Source: Octopus sinensis (taxonomy: Eukaryota). Taken from it: a stretch of 64,000 bases of DNA. Position numbers and translations under genes: made by a program. Positions within the stretch are counted from its first letter, which is position 1. Each line of letters opens with the position of its first letter. The DNA is taken from NCBI RefSeq assembly GCF_006345805.1, contig NC_042997.1, positions 24,428,001-24,492,000 on the forward strand. The letters are read 5' to 3'. Shown here one piece after another: positions 40,871-54,050 of the stretch. Under the pieces are notes generated by a model. That model made no database searches. It was not told the DNA's origin and saw only the letters and a list, made by a program, of their open reading frames with translations.

Positions 40871-41490
40871 ACAAAATCTATAAAGCAGCATTAAAACATG
40901 TGATTAGAATATTTACAACAAGCGTATCTATGGCAAACTTTAGCGGTTCGTTTCATTCTGTATACCCTTGTTAGTATCCTCAGATGATACTCAGATAATA
41001 TTGATGATGTGCAAAATCAGTGAGCGATAAATGATGATCAGGTGGTAGCACTGATAAATCAGAAACTGGGATTCGATTTGCTCCTAGCTTTAGATTCATA
41101 CCACGACGCCATTATTTCAATCTATTGTAGGCATAACGCACTTTTAAAGAATATAGCGCCATATTGAAATTATACAAATATTTTTGCTGTCATTTATGAC
41201 AAGCTTTAACAAATTGTTCTCTGATCGAATTTCTTTATCGATTGCGAGCCATCACTAAAGAATGAATGGGTTTAGAATGCGTAATAGAAATTGGCATTAA
41301 TCTTTGGAGAATATATTTAAAAAAAGATTTTTTTTTTTGAAAACTGTTTGAAAGAGTAGAATTGGGATTTGTGTATAATTTTTGAAGTGTATTATGAAAC
41401 TATATATTATATATATAGAGGGAGCGAGAGAATCACCAACACACAGACACACATTCACACACACACATACAAAATGCTTATGCGCATAAA

Positions 41491-41540
<50 letters not shown>

Positions 41541-42005
41541 TAATTTAAATATAGAGATATACTATTGACAATACAATACTTTATCTATATTACAACATAA
41601 CATTAAACCCTGTGAATATGATATAACATAACATAATATTATATAACATAAATAATTATAAAAACCATAAAAGGCCAACAAATTGCTTCGATTTATATAT
41701 ATTTTTTCTGATATACATAACCACAGTTACATTTTATATAAAGTTACTTCAGAATCATGGTTTAGAAACAGACGAAATTCCGTGTGAAAGGACGGCTAGA
41801 TTGTGAAAATTAGTTCAAATGACTATGTGTATCAGGATGAGCGTTAACTATTCAATCATACGTCAATTACAATTAAAAAATCAGCAAAACCACTTTAAAG
41901 GACAACGCAATCAAATAAGTGAAATCTACAACCATCGAAATTCACATACCAATTGAAACCCTTTCGTGACCACGATAGTCGCTTGTCACTACAACATAGA
42001 GCATT

Positions 42006-42368
42006 GTGGAAGCACTCCGTTGGTTACGATGATGAGAGTTCCGGTTGATCCGGTCAACGGAACACCCTGCTCGTGAAATTAACGTGTAAGTGGCTGAGCA
42101 CTCCACAGACACGTGTACCCTTAACGTAGTTCTCAGAGATATTCAGCGTGACACAGAGAGTGACAGGGCCGGCCCTTTGAAATACAGGTACTACAGAAAC
42201 AGGAAGTAAAAATGAGAGAAAGTTGTAGTGAAAAAGTACAGCAGGGATCACCACTATCCCTGCCGGAGCCTCGTGGAGCTTTGGATGTTTTCTCTCAATA
42301 AACACTCACAACGCCCGGTCTGGGAATCAAAACCGCGATCCTACGACTGCCAGTCCGCTGCGCTCCAC
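42006..42368 (-). mobile_element. SINE family A with 12-bp TSD
   Basis: TSD acatagagcatt at 41994-42005 and 42369-42380; small deletion in the A-box part of the head. Confidence 0.92.
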
Positions 42369-42698
42369 ACATAGAGCATTATGATATGTGTGTATATAAA
42401 TGAATATAATTAAGTATCTAAGTTTTCTCCTGCGTATGACTTCAACAACAAATATATAAACAATTACATCGTCAATAAACAACTTTTTCATCTATTTGAA
42501 TTCGCGGGTACAAAAATTATTGTTTAAATTATCTAATAATAATCTTCTATATTTATTATTTTCTCAAATGGATAATTCCGTAGTAGATATGAATAAAAAC
42601 CTAATGAAAATTCCTCTCTCGCTTAATCTATCGCAGAGTGAATTCCGTAATAACTGTTAATACGGACTTAAGCTATAGATGCGTAAACAAAGTACCCC

Positions 42699-42782
<84 letters not shown>

Positions 42783-42787
42783 CATAT

Positions 42788-42831
<44 letters not shown>

Positions 42832-43214
42832 CATATTATAGATATATATATTTAGGCTACAGTAATGGAAATCAAATTTACTAATTTTTTGGTGGGTAAC
42901 TAGCTTTGAAGTTACTTAAATAATAATTGCCGTTCGCACACCATTTAAGGGAGAATTCAGTAAATCGACAGACGTCATCTATACAAAACTAACAGACAAC
43001 AAGCACAGTTCTCGATGAACTAATCTATATTACTATTTACAAAATGTGGGACACATATGGTGCATATCCAAACTCTATCAATACTTTCAGAGGTAACAAA
43101 CAACATTGTTGTAATAAGAATACAATATTTAAACTATAAAATACTATGATAATTATTATTTTGGTTATTAAATTATTTAGTAATCAAAGAAGCTAATTAA
43201 TATTATCATACATA

Positions 43215-43451
43215 AATACATATATATACATATAAATACATATACATATATATATATATATATCTATATATATGATATATTATATAGATATATATATATA
43301 TATATAATACATACCCATGTATACACATATATACATATATATATATATATATATACATATACACAAATAAATATATACCCTATACATATATACATGTCTT
43401 CATACCTACATACATATATACACATAGATACACTCAACATTCAAATATATG

Positions 43452-43482
<31 letters not shown>

Positions 43483-43488
43483 TATATT

Positions 43489-43524
<36 letters not shown>

Positions 43525-43990
43525 CATATACCCATAATACAATAAATTATATACAGACATATACATACATACAAATAATATAGAGACTTCCATAGACATA
43601 CGTGTAAATATACATATAGACACATAAATATCCATATATATATACAGGTAGAGTCATACACACCTAGATATACATAGATATGTACATAGATATGTATATA
43701 CAAACATACATATATATATATACATACACACACATATACATATATACATACCCATACACACATATATAGACACATATACATACATATATACATATATATA
43801 TATATACACACATATACATACACACATGCATAGACATACATATACACACATATATACATATATAGACATACCCATACATATATACATATACATGCATATA
43901 CACACACATATATATATACACACATACAAGTATATATACACATAAATGTACACTTATAAATTTATACATAGGAGTACAGATATACATATT
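43215..43990. repeat. Long degenerate (TA/CA) low-complexity array
   Basis: Directly visible; source of the MY/CV-rich ORFs. Confidence 0.9.
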
Positions 43991-44189
43991 TAATAAAATT
44001 TTCCAAACACGTATTTAGAATAGCGTGTACATGATAGAACATTCTCAGGTTTTCATTAAGCAATTTCTTCTTAGATGTTAATAGCTGATAGAATTCATCC
44101 ATATAATTCAGCTGATATAATTCATCCATGTGTGTATGTTTGTATGTATGTATGTATGTATGTTTGTATGTGTGTGTGTGAGAGTTTGT

Positions 44190-44400
44190 GCGTCTGTGTT
44201 TGTTCCCCCCCCCCTAACATCGCTTGACAACTGATGCTGGTGTGTTTACGTCCCTGTAACTTAGCGGTTCGGCATAAAGGCCGATAGAATAAGTACTAGG
44301 CTTACAAAGAATAAGTCCTGGGATCGATTTGCTCGACTAAAAGGCGGTGCTCCTGCATGGCCGCAGTCAAATGACTGAAACAAATCAAAGTGTAAAAGAG
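44190..44400 (+). mobile_element. 3' half of SINE family B
   Basis: gtttgttcccc...cttgacaactgatgctgg...ggcggtgctcc.gcatggccgcagtcaaatgactgaaac, preceded by SSR. Confidence 0.85.
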
Positions 44401-44631
44401 TATATAAAAATCTAATATCATGGGATATAACACAAAAGCACGCCTTATGATAACGGATGCTTTGAGAATTATTCTAAATATTATAACCAAAGCCACATAA
44501 CGTGCACAAAAATACATAGTACTGAATATAACACAGTTAGACACTGCGCTCATATCACGTAGGGTATACTCAATAAATACAGACAACCCAATGAAAACAA
44601 ACACTAGCGTATTTATATATATTATCTTATT

Positions 44632-45017
44632 GCTGGAGGCGTAATGGCCCAGTGGTTAGGGCAGCGGACTCGCGGTCATAGTTGGCGGTTTCGATTCCCA
44701 GACCGGGCCTTGTGAGTGTTTATTGAGCGAAAACACCTAAAGCTCCACGAGGCTCCGGCAGGGGATGGTGGTGATCCCTGCTGTACTCTTTCACCACAAC
44801 TTTCTCTCACTCTTACTTCCTGTTTCTGTTGTACCTGTATTTCAAGGGGCCGGCCTTGTCACTCTCTGTGTCACGCTGAATATCCCCAAGAACTACGTTA
44901 AAGGTACACGCGTCTGTGGAGTGCTCAGCCACTTACCCGTTAATTTCACGAGCAGGCTGTTCCGTTGATTCGGATCAACCGGAACCCTCGTCGTCGTAAC
45001 CGATGGAGTGCTTCCAC
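44632..45017 (+). mobile_element. Full-length SINE family A with 11-bp TSD
   Basis: TSD attatcttatt at 44621-44631 and 45018-45028; A box tggcccagtgg, B-box-like gtttcgattccc. Confidence 0.93.
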
Positions 45018-46224
45018 ATTATCTTATTTCTAGCATTGAGCGATTCGGAAACGAATGGTTACCAGATTCATAGCTGGAGAATCTGATTAATTACAGTTAT
45101 GTGTTGTGTTACAATCCTGCTTGCAATCTGAAACAGATTACTGTTACATCAATCAAAAATACCACTTCCTCACACTTTCTTTATCTTTTCATAAATTTTA
45201 AGAAATAAATGAGAATATCGATAGAGACTCTGACTTCATGCCATGCACTATTTCGTTTCGTTTTCCCTACTTATACCTTACATATCGGTTTGTACATTGT
45301 TCGTGTCGAATCAATAAATCAAGCACTATTATTACACTAGAATTGATGCACTCGAACACACATTAAAAATTTTTGGACCACTGCCCAATCAAGAGAAATC
45401 AAATTTAAATTTGAAGAAGTGGTGTGTTAACATAGCGTTGCTTGAATGCAAAAATAAGGATACTGTATTAACAGCGGTGTTATTTGAGATAAAGATGAAG
45501 TACGGGTATAGTATAAGTCAAGTTGAATCAATTCAAAACAAACACTTCAGCGTAATATTTATGACAAATCAAATATGACGCACTAAATATAGAAACCAAA
45601 TAAATGTTTGCTTTGTTAATTCTATTGATCAGCTTACATCATTGATCATCAATTACTTTTCTCAACAGTTTTATTTCTAATCTCAGTTGTTTGACTATGT
45701 GTAGTCAGCTTCTAAATTCAAGAGCTTGTTCATTTTTGCCATTTCCATTGCATCTCCTCTTTCAGATGTTGAGTGATTTCATTACTTTATATATGTCCTA
45801 CAAGAATTCATTCATACGTCATACATTTGAGAGAAACTGTATACTTAGTTTAATAGATCGCAGTACTTTGCAAGCTTTTCTTTTAATGATGCTCAAATAT
45901 ACATCACTAGGTTATCCTTAAGGTGATTTAATTTCAGAATTTAAATGTTCATTGCTTTATATCATGAACCGGACGAGTGGGAGACATTGCTGTTTCCTCT
46001 TCGTTAACAATTGCTTCTTTATGCACAAATTCAACAATATTGGGAAGAGGGCATCGACTCAATCGGCCTCAGTACTGGACTAGCATACTATTTTATCGTA
46101 CCGATTGGATGAAAGTAATCTGACAGAATCTGAATGTAGAACGCAAGGGGAGCAAAGAATACTGCAAAGGAGTGCCTGATGCCCCAATGATTGCATGAAT
46201 GGACTAATGTTTATCGTTAATGGT

Positions 46225-46280
<56 letters not shown>

Positions 46281-46330
46281 TGATGATGATGAGGAGGAGG
46301 AGGATGAGGATAATAATAATATATAAAGGA

Positions 46331-46539
46331 TTCATTTTGGTTAATATATAAAGGATTGAGGTAATTCCTCCTGAAGATAAAGAGTCAAAATTAAAAGGAG
46401 AGTGCCATTGTTATCAATCCTTTATATATTAACCAAAATGAAATAGATTGACGAAATTATTTTTTGAACCAGTTGAAGACACATGAGATGTCGAAATATC
46501 GTTCACTAGATAACAATGGCACTCTCCTTTTAATTTTGA
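46331..46539. other. Interleaved inverted-repeat cassette containing a hammerhead-like fold
   Basis: A 46331-46359 is the reverse complement of A' 46414-46442 (29 bp); B 46385-46415 is the reverse complement of B' 46509-46539 (31 bp); hammerhead-like fold at 46465-46505 (+). Confidence 0.8.
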
Positions 46540-46541
46540 TC

Positions 46542-46582
<41 letters not shown>

Positions 46583-46607
46583 TAATAATAATAATAATAA
46601 TAATAAT

Positions 46608-47160
46608 GCCCTGATGCAGTACCAAGCAGTGGCCCTCATGGCTTCTGATCTTAACTGATTGGAAGTGTTATCATGTAAAGTGTTTTGTCTTGGTATAAAA
46701 GATGGGCTATAGCAAATATTCTGCTCAATACCACAGATTTGCTTGTCAGTTGTTTGACCTTAACCAGTTGAGCATGTCCCTTAGTGGCTGACGATATGTG
46801 CATCTCTGATCACGAGCAGAAGTAGTGGGGGAGCATCATAGCCATGTGTTGAGAGGGATGCTTTGGGGTTTGACTAGTTCACCTCTGGAAACATAGGTGG
46901 TTCTTTCAACATCCTTAAACAACCCTTATTCGGGGACCGTTTGAGCGGGATGGGCTACTCAACCTGAAGAAAATTCTAACTGGGCCCCACCTGCAAGGTC
47001 ATGTGATGTTTATCTTGATATGAGATCACCATGTCGCGCACATATGGTTGTGATGCATGTGCCTGGTGTACCTTTATCAGACGGGTAGTCATGATGGGTA
47101 TATTGGGCTTCGTATATTTTACCCCAGTGTCACTTTGATGGCATGAACTGCTCTCTCACT
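46608..47160. mobile_element. Non-coding insertion flanked by (AAT)n (probable LINE 3' UTR or non-autonomous element)
   Basis: About 550 bp, clearly GC-richer than its flanks, bounded on both sides by pure AAT tracts; no ORF recognised. Confidence 0.45.
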
Positions 47161-47183
47161 CAATAATAATAATAATAATAATA

Positions 47184-47672
47184 CTGAGGTGGCCTGAGGT
47201 ATTGATATGCAACACCCAGGAACAAGCTCTGAGAAATGAGTTAACCAAGTTCCAAATAGATAAAAATAGCGAATCTCCCCTTTATATGATTTGTGGCAGC
47301 AGGTTCGAAACAACCTCATATTGTGTGCGTAACAAGCTGGCCCAAAACACTTCAAAGGGAGGCACGATAACGTGGCTAAGTTCGTCCTCTGGAAGCTATG
47401 TGAAAACTACTGCCTCAACAGAGCACGGAAATGGTACGAACATGAACCAGAAGGAGTCATCGAGAACAAGGAACATAAGATACTGTGGGATTTTACAATC
47501 CAATGCGACTCCCTAATCGTGGCTCGGAGACAAGATATTGCTGCGGTAGATAAAAGACAAAAGGAATCTAAGATCATAGATATTGCAATACCTAAAGATG
47601 CACGCGTAGTGGTTAAGGGCCCGGGTTACTAACCACAAGATTTCGAGATCGATTCCAGGCAATAATAATAAT

Positions 47673-47748
<76 letters not shown>

Positions 47749-48242
47749 TAGAAAAATACCGTAGGAATGAGCACTCAAGTTCGAAATTTCCCCAAGACAC
47801 CTGATGAAGGCTGGAGGGTGTATCAGCCGGATGAGAACAAATACCCGTCAATTGTAAATAATGTAAATAATGAACTAGAAAATATTGAAAAGTATAGACT
47901 ACTAAAAGACGAAATTGCAAGAATGTGGACTGTGAGGAGAATGTCTTTCACTCAAGTAGTTGTAGGGTCACTTGAATCACTAACGACCAAGTTCGAGAAA
48001 TGTGTCAAAGAAATCGGAATTGACTTGAGAGAAGAGCAAGCCCAAACGACCGGTCTGTTGGAGACAGCTAGTATTTTGAGATTGGTAGTTGGATGTTGAA
48101 TGCCTCTCACGATAATTAACAACCAAGTATCAAAGTTTAAAACGTGCGGAAAGAGACACTATGAAACCTCTGGCAACAGGCTGTTGTCCGCTCTCACAGA
48201 ATCTTCCAGAACAAATAAGACCGAAAGTTCTGAGAAGTAAAG
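47184..48242 (+). mobile_element. R4/Dong-like (REL-endonuclease) LINE 3' fragment #1, interrupted
   Basis: QEQALRNELTKFQIDKNSESPL..CG (zinc-knuckle region), RHDNVAKFVLWKLC, ILWDFTIQCD..ARRQDI..IIDIAIP, EKYRLLKDEIARMW, GLLETASILR*. Confidence 0.88.
47609..47865 (+). mobile_element. Small composite retroposon: tRNA-like head + (AAC)n + partial hammerhead + (tgtaaataa)n tail
   Basis: Removing it rejoins the LINE in frame (DARV|NNELENIEKY); head gtggttaag...gatcgattcc; CTGATGA-A-GGCTG-N10-CAGCC-G at 47801-47829. Confidence 0.7.
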
Positions 48243-48243
48243 C

Positions 48244-48279
<36 letters not shown>

Positions 48280-48290
48280 TATAATAATAA

Positions 48291-48690
48291 TATCATGAAG
48301 AAAAAAACAAGGCTTTCTAATTGACGTATCATTACCAGCAGATGACAACGTGTTTCTAAAAGAAATGGAGAAACTTTCAAAATACAAAGACCTGGAAATA
48401 GAGGTAACCAGAATGTGGAATCTAAAAACAGAAACAATTCCTATCATAGTAGGTGCATTAGGCATGATAAAAAAATATTCAGACAAATACATAACAAAAA
48501 CGCCAGGACTTACAAACACATATAACATACAGAAAATTGCACTACTAGGCACTGCACACATCCTACGCAGAACACTTTCCATACAATAACCATCAAAGCA
48601 TCACAACAAATCACAGCACATACCCAAGGCACACAGAGCTGCGCTCGGTAGTGAAGTGAAAGCATGCTATAAAAATAAAACTACTGAATG
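48291..48690 (+). mobile_element. R4/Dong-like LINE 3' fragment #2
   Basis: FLIDVSLPADDNVFLKEMEKLSKYKDLEIEVTRMW...IVGALG...IQKIALLGTAHILRRTLSIQ* plus 3' UTR, between AAT tracts. Confidence 0.9.
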
Positions 48691-48735
48691 ATAATAATAA
48701 TAATAATAATAAATAATAATAATAATAATAATAAT

Positions 48736-48773
<38 letters not shown>

Positions 48774-48815
48774 TAACAATAATAATAATGATGATGAAAT
48801 AATAAAAATAATAAC

Positions 48816-49430
48816 AGGAGCAGTTTCCAAGGGCTTTAAAAAACATTAAGAATACTGAAGCTGCTGTCAGGCCCGAGGTGATCCAGAAGACAGCATTGTT
48901 GGGCACAACTTGCATTCTAAGGAGGATATTTTCTCTTTGAGTCTTAGAAGAAGGTACTACTTGAAACCTCTGGTGATTTGTTATTGCCTGCTTTCAAGTA
49001 AAGATTAACCGGTAATTGGATGGAAGCACTCCGTCGGTTACGACGATGTGGGTTCCGGTTGATCCGACCAACGGAACAGCCTGCTCGTGAAATTAATGTG
49101 TAAGTGGCTGAGCACTCCACAGACACGTGTACCCTTAACGTAGTTCTCGGGGATATATCAGCGTGACACAGAGAGTGACAAGGCCGACCCTTTGAAATAC
49201 ACGTACAACAGAAACAGGAAGTAAGAGTGAGAGAAAGTTGTGGTGAAAGAGTACAGCAGGGATCACCACCATCCCCTGCCGGAGCCTCGTGGAGCTTTAG
49301 GTGTTTTCGCTCAATAAACACTCACAACGCCCGGTCTGGGAATCGAAACCGCGAGTCCGCTGCCCTAATCACTGGGCCATTGTGCCTCCACAACCGGTAA
49401 TTAAGTACTATGTGTGAGTCTTCCACAATA
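48816..49430 (+). mobile_element. R4/Dong-like LINE 3' fragment #3 (3' UTR interrupted by a SINE)
   Basis: EVIQKTALLGTTCILRRIFSL*; 3' UTR motif gaaacctctgg shared with fragment #1. Confidence 0.8.
49018..49391 (-). mobile_element. SINE family A with 11-bp TSD
   Basis: TSD aaccggtaatt at 49007-49017 and 49392-49402. Confidence 0.93.
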
Positions 49431-49445
49431 ACAATAATAATAATA

Positions 49446-49612
49446 TGCCCAGCTGAGCTCCTACAGAATATTTGTCTCTTAGGGACAGCAAGGGTTATCG
49501 GAAGGTTTCTAAGTACTCGATAGACTGCTGAAAACTTGTGGATACATAAGAGAGTAACCTGCTACCCACATAAATCCTACCAGTAATAAGACCGAACCTG
49601 AGCCAAACCCAA
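49446..49612 (+). mobile_element. R4/Dong-like LINE 3' fragment #4
   Basis: AELLQNICLLGTARVIGRFLSTR* (LQK.ALLGTARILR-like motif) plus 3' UTR, between short AAT tracts. Confidence 0.65.
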
Positions 49613-50439
49613 ATAATAATTAAAAAGATAGTTTCAAATTTTAGTGGAGGGGGTTAGTTGATTTATTCCCCCCATTTGATCAACTGGTACACAATTGTAT
49701 AGACCCAGAAAGAACGAAAGACAATGTCGACTTCGGTTGGTTTTGAACTCAGAAATCCGATGCACAAACTCTTTTTAAATGCAGATCTAACTTCAGTTTG
49801 CAAACTTCCCATCAAATTCGTCCCGTTCGATTTCTGCTTGCTAAGAAATTCAACTTATATGAATTGAATACATCTCTTATTTCTTTAAGACAGAAATTTG
49901 GCTGCTATTTCTTGCAGGTCACATCACTGAGCTTAGACTCTCTCACAGTCGCGTCAATTCTGTATCTTCTGGCGGTGGTAAACTTTCGCATACCTTCTAT
50001 AGATGGGAATTAGCCACCAAAGGCGGGGCAAAGTGCCGAATCGACTGGTTATTTGAAGAGCGCCTGAGTAGCTTATAGTTTATACGTTTCTTTGAAGGTT
50101 ACCAATGCTGCTCCAGCGTATAAGTGACTGGGGAAAAACAGTGGCAAATCACTTCTGTATTCTTCCATGAAATTTGCTCAGCAAGCTATCAAACGTCTAA
50201 CCTATAGGGATGGCACCAGGATGTCTCACTCTGTATAGTTCAGATTAATGTCTCCAAAGTCGTTACGGTTTGAGAATCTGTTTTCTCTACTGTTCACGTT
50301 AACCCGTGTACTTTAGTAACAGCTCGTGTTAGTATTAACGCTGTTGTATTAGTTATATTAATAGTAGTAAGGGGTAGTAGTAGAATGATGAGGATAATAA
50401 TATAAATAATAATACTGTTAAACAATAATAATAACTATA

Positions 50440-50529
50440 ATTGTTATCACCATCATCATCATCATCATCATCATCATCAGTATTATTATTATTATCATTA
50501 TTATTATTTGTTGTAGTAGTAGCAGCAGA

Positions 50530-50567
<38 letters not shown>

Positions 50568-50870
50568 TAGTAGTAGTACCACCACAAGTATAAAGAGAAG
50601 GAAAATATGAACAAGCCTTTCATCAGCAATAACGATAGAAGCAGTGACATCTTCGTGGTCGTTGTCATCAACATCATCATCATCATCATCGTCGTCGTCG
50701 TCCTCCTCCTCATCGTCGTCATCATCATCATCACCAATAACATCATCATCATAACCATCACCATAATCAGCATTGTCCTCACCTTCTGTTCACCATCGCC
50801 ATAATCCTCTCTTTCACCTCCTCCCCTTCTTCCTCCTCCTACTCCTCCTCCTCATCATCATCATCATGAA
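50440..50870. repeat. Compound trinucleotide arrays (CAT, TAT, AGC, AGT, CGT, CCT)
   Basis: Directly visible. Confidence 0.9.
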
Positions 50871-51130
50871 CAACCATATAAATAACATTTAATGCTGGTA
50901 ATTTTAGTGGTGCTGGTGACGTGGGCGATGGATGTGGGCGTCGACGCAACTCCCACAATCATTTTTATTTTGAAAATGCAAATTTAGAAAGACGAACTGA
51001 AGCTGCGGTTGAGGCACAAACGCTCGAGCGTCTGAAAAAATACGTGAAAAGTGCTTTACAACATCTGCTCTGAATCTTTACGTTTTAAGTTCAAAGTCCG
51101 CTGAGTTCAACTTTAATGTAATAATGTATC

Positions 51131-51358
51131 TATTTCTTTACTACCCACAAGGGGCTAAACACAGAGGGGACAAACAAGGACAGACAAACGGATTAAGTCG
51201 ATTACATCAAATTCAGTGCATAACAGGTACTTAATTTATCGACCCCGAAAGGATGAAAGGCAAAGTCGACCATGACGTAATTTGAACTCAGAACGCAGCG
51301 GCGGACGAAATACCGCAAAGCATTTCGCCCGGCGTGCTAACGATTCTGCCAGCTCGCC
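51131..51358 (-). mobile_element. SINE family C with 7-bp TSD
   Basis: TSD atgtatc at 51124-51130 and 51359-51365. Confidence 0.9.
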
Positions 51359-51697
51359 ATGTATCAGTCCTGTCTTGAAGTCGATGTAATTCTTCTATCT
51401 CATCCCCATCAAAATTGCGAGTATTTCGTATAAATTAGAAATATTACCTGGGAGAAAATAGTCTGAGTACCTCATTATTTTCCAATTATAATTATCACAA
51501 TATTTTGTCTGTAACATGAAGCTTCAGCTTAATAATGATGGATAGATATAAGTAGGGATATTTATGTTTTGCTTTAGTGATGAGTGTGAAGGTATAACCA
51601 TTACGATTGTTTCTGGAGGACAATCAAAGATTTAAAAAATATGTGAATAACTTGTATCAGTACTTTTGCCGAACCGCTAATACGCAAACCTAATACC

Positions 51698-51924
51698 TAT
51701 TTCTTTATTGCCCACAAGGGGCTAAACATAGAAGGGACACACAAGGACAGACAAACGGATTAAGTTGATTATATCGACCCCAGTGCGTAACTGGTACTTA
51801 ATTTATCGACCCCGAAAGGATGAAAGGCAAAGTCGACCTCGGCGGAATTAGAACTCAGAACGTAGAGGCAGACGAAATACGGCTACGCACTTTTCGCCCG
51901 GCGTGCTAACGATTCTGCCAGCTC
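51698..51924 (-). mobile_element. SINE family C with 10-bp TSD
   Basis: TSD acctaatacc at 51688-51697 and 51925-51934; adjacent to a short family B fragment. Confidence 0.9.
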
Positions 51925-52044
51925 ACCTAATACCACCTGACTTGAATATACTGACACCAGTGGATTCATATAAAGCTAGAAGGGCAGCGGAAAGGACAGG
52001 GCGCGCCATCGTCCGTGACAGGATCCATTATAACCATCGGACTC

Positions 52045-52296
52045 AAAGCTAATACGTTAACACCTGTAGTTAAGCGGTGGAAGCACAAACATAAACACAA
52101 AGACTCACATAAACACACACGCATGCATACACATACATACATACGTACATACAAACATACATACATATATACATACATACATACATACTTACATACATAC
52201 ATACATACATACTTACATACATACATACATGCATACTTACATACATACATACATACACACACACATACATACATACATACATACGTACATACATAC

Positions 52297-52327
<31 letters not shown>

Positions 52328-52817
52328 CATACATACATACATACATGCATACATACATACATACATACATACATACAAGCATACATACATACATACATAC
52401 ATACAAACATACATACATACATACACACATACATACATACATACATACTTACATACATACATACAAGCATACATACATATATACATACATGCATACTTAC
52501 ATACATGCATAGATACATACATACATACATACATACATACAAGCATACATACATACATACATACATACATACATACATACATACATACATACATACGTAC
52601 ATACATACATACATACATACATACATACATACATACATACATACATACATGCAAGCGCACACATATACGAACGTCTGCTTTTAATTTTCTACAAAACCTT
52701 AATACGGTTTCGTCGGACCAGAGCTAGAGTAGAAAATACTTGCCCAAGGGACTATGTAATATATCTGAACCCAAAAGTAAGTAGAAAACTTCTTACCACA
52801 CAGGCAAGCCTGCACCT
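52045..52817 (-). mobile_element. Degenerate SINE family B with its central microsatellite expanded to about 550 bp of (CATA)n
   Basis: 5' half remnant (acttgcccaagg...cttaccacacagg) at about 52675-52817; weak 3' half remnant at about 52045-52100. Confidence 0.55.
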
Positions 52818-53180
52818 ATCTATTAGGGTAAATGGATATGGATTCTAAGAGTATAGCACATTGAGTAGATTTCATGTGTAGAGTTCACAAATTGTATTTA
52901 AGGATTATATTAAAGTTAAAGATTTCAAGCGAATAGAAAACTGAGTAGAAATACGAAGTTTATTAGGCTGAAAAGAAGGTAAGAGTATACGAGATTGAAA
53001 AGGTAACAAGTGTATATTAACGTGAGTATACTTCAAGAGTATTTCAGTCTAATAGACTAAATAGATTCAAAGAATATGGCAGAGTAAGTGTATACGAGGA
53101 AGTTAATTGACTGTATTGATTCCAGCTCTATAGAAACCTGAAAACAGTCTTCGAATATGTTAGAATAAATGTATGAGTAT

Positions 53181-53495
53181 GTGGAGGCACATGGCCGAGT
53201 GGTTAAGTGCAGCGGACTTGCGGTCGAGGGATCGCAGGTTCGAATCTCAGACCGAACGATGTGTGTGTTGGTGAGCGAAACATCTAAGCTCTGCGCGGCT
53301 CCGGCAGAAGGTAATGGCGAACTTCTGCTGAATCTTTCGCCACAACATTCTCTAACTCTTTCCTCCTGCATCTTGCAGCTCACCTGCGACGGACCGGAGT
53401 CCCGTCTAGGTGAGGAACCTATACACCAAAGAAACCGGGAAATCGGCCCTTATGAGCCAGGCGTGGCTAGAGACGGAACAAACAACAACAACAAC
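53181..53495 (+). mobile_element. tRNA-derived SINE variant D with 14-bp TSD
   Basis: TSD aaatgtatgagtat at 53167-53180 and 53496-53509; (AAC)n tail. Confidence 0.92.
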
Positions 53496-53951
53496 AAATG
53501 TATGAGTATAGTAAAACGAACTACAACAAATGAAACGAAATATAATTATTCCTGGTAATTTTTTTCCCTCAGAATGTACAACCACCTCTTAAACATAGTT
53601 TCAAACAAAAGTACAAACTCAGAAATTGTGTAAAGGGGAAGATTAGATTATATCGACTCTAGTACATCATTGGCATTTGAAAGAATGAAAGAAATGAATC
53701 GTAATTATTTCTGAGCAATGTGGTTCGAAACAGAGTGGTACAGGAACAATTGTCACCAATACGAAACTTATGCTGTACTAACATTTTTTTTCTAATAGTT
53801 TGCTCCACTAAAATACATACTAATTCATTCTCTTAGTGATAAGTAGCTAGAATTCCTGCTCTGATGCACTACATTAAGTACCTGGCTTAACTTATAGAAA
53901 ACCGGGCTGCATGAGGGATACGCCAAGATTATAACAATTCCAGTTTTAAAT

Positions 53952-53984
<33 letters not shown>

Positions 53985-53986
53985 GT

Positions 53987-54031
<45 letters not shown>

Positions 54032-54050
54032 ATATTATATATATATATGT

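Noticed and set aside
44632-44705. tRNA genes at SINE heads
   Set aside because: A/B boxes are present, but the heads run into SINE bodies bounded by TSDs and I could not fold a complete cloverleaf.
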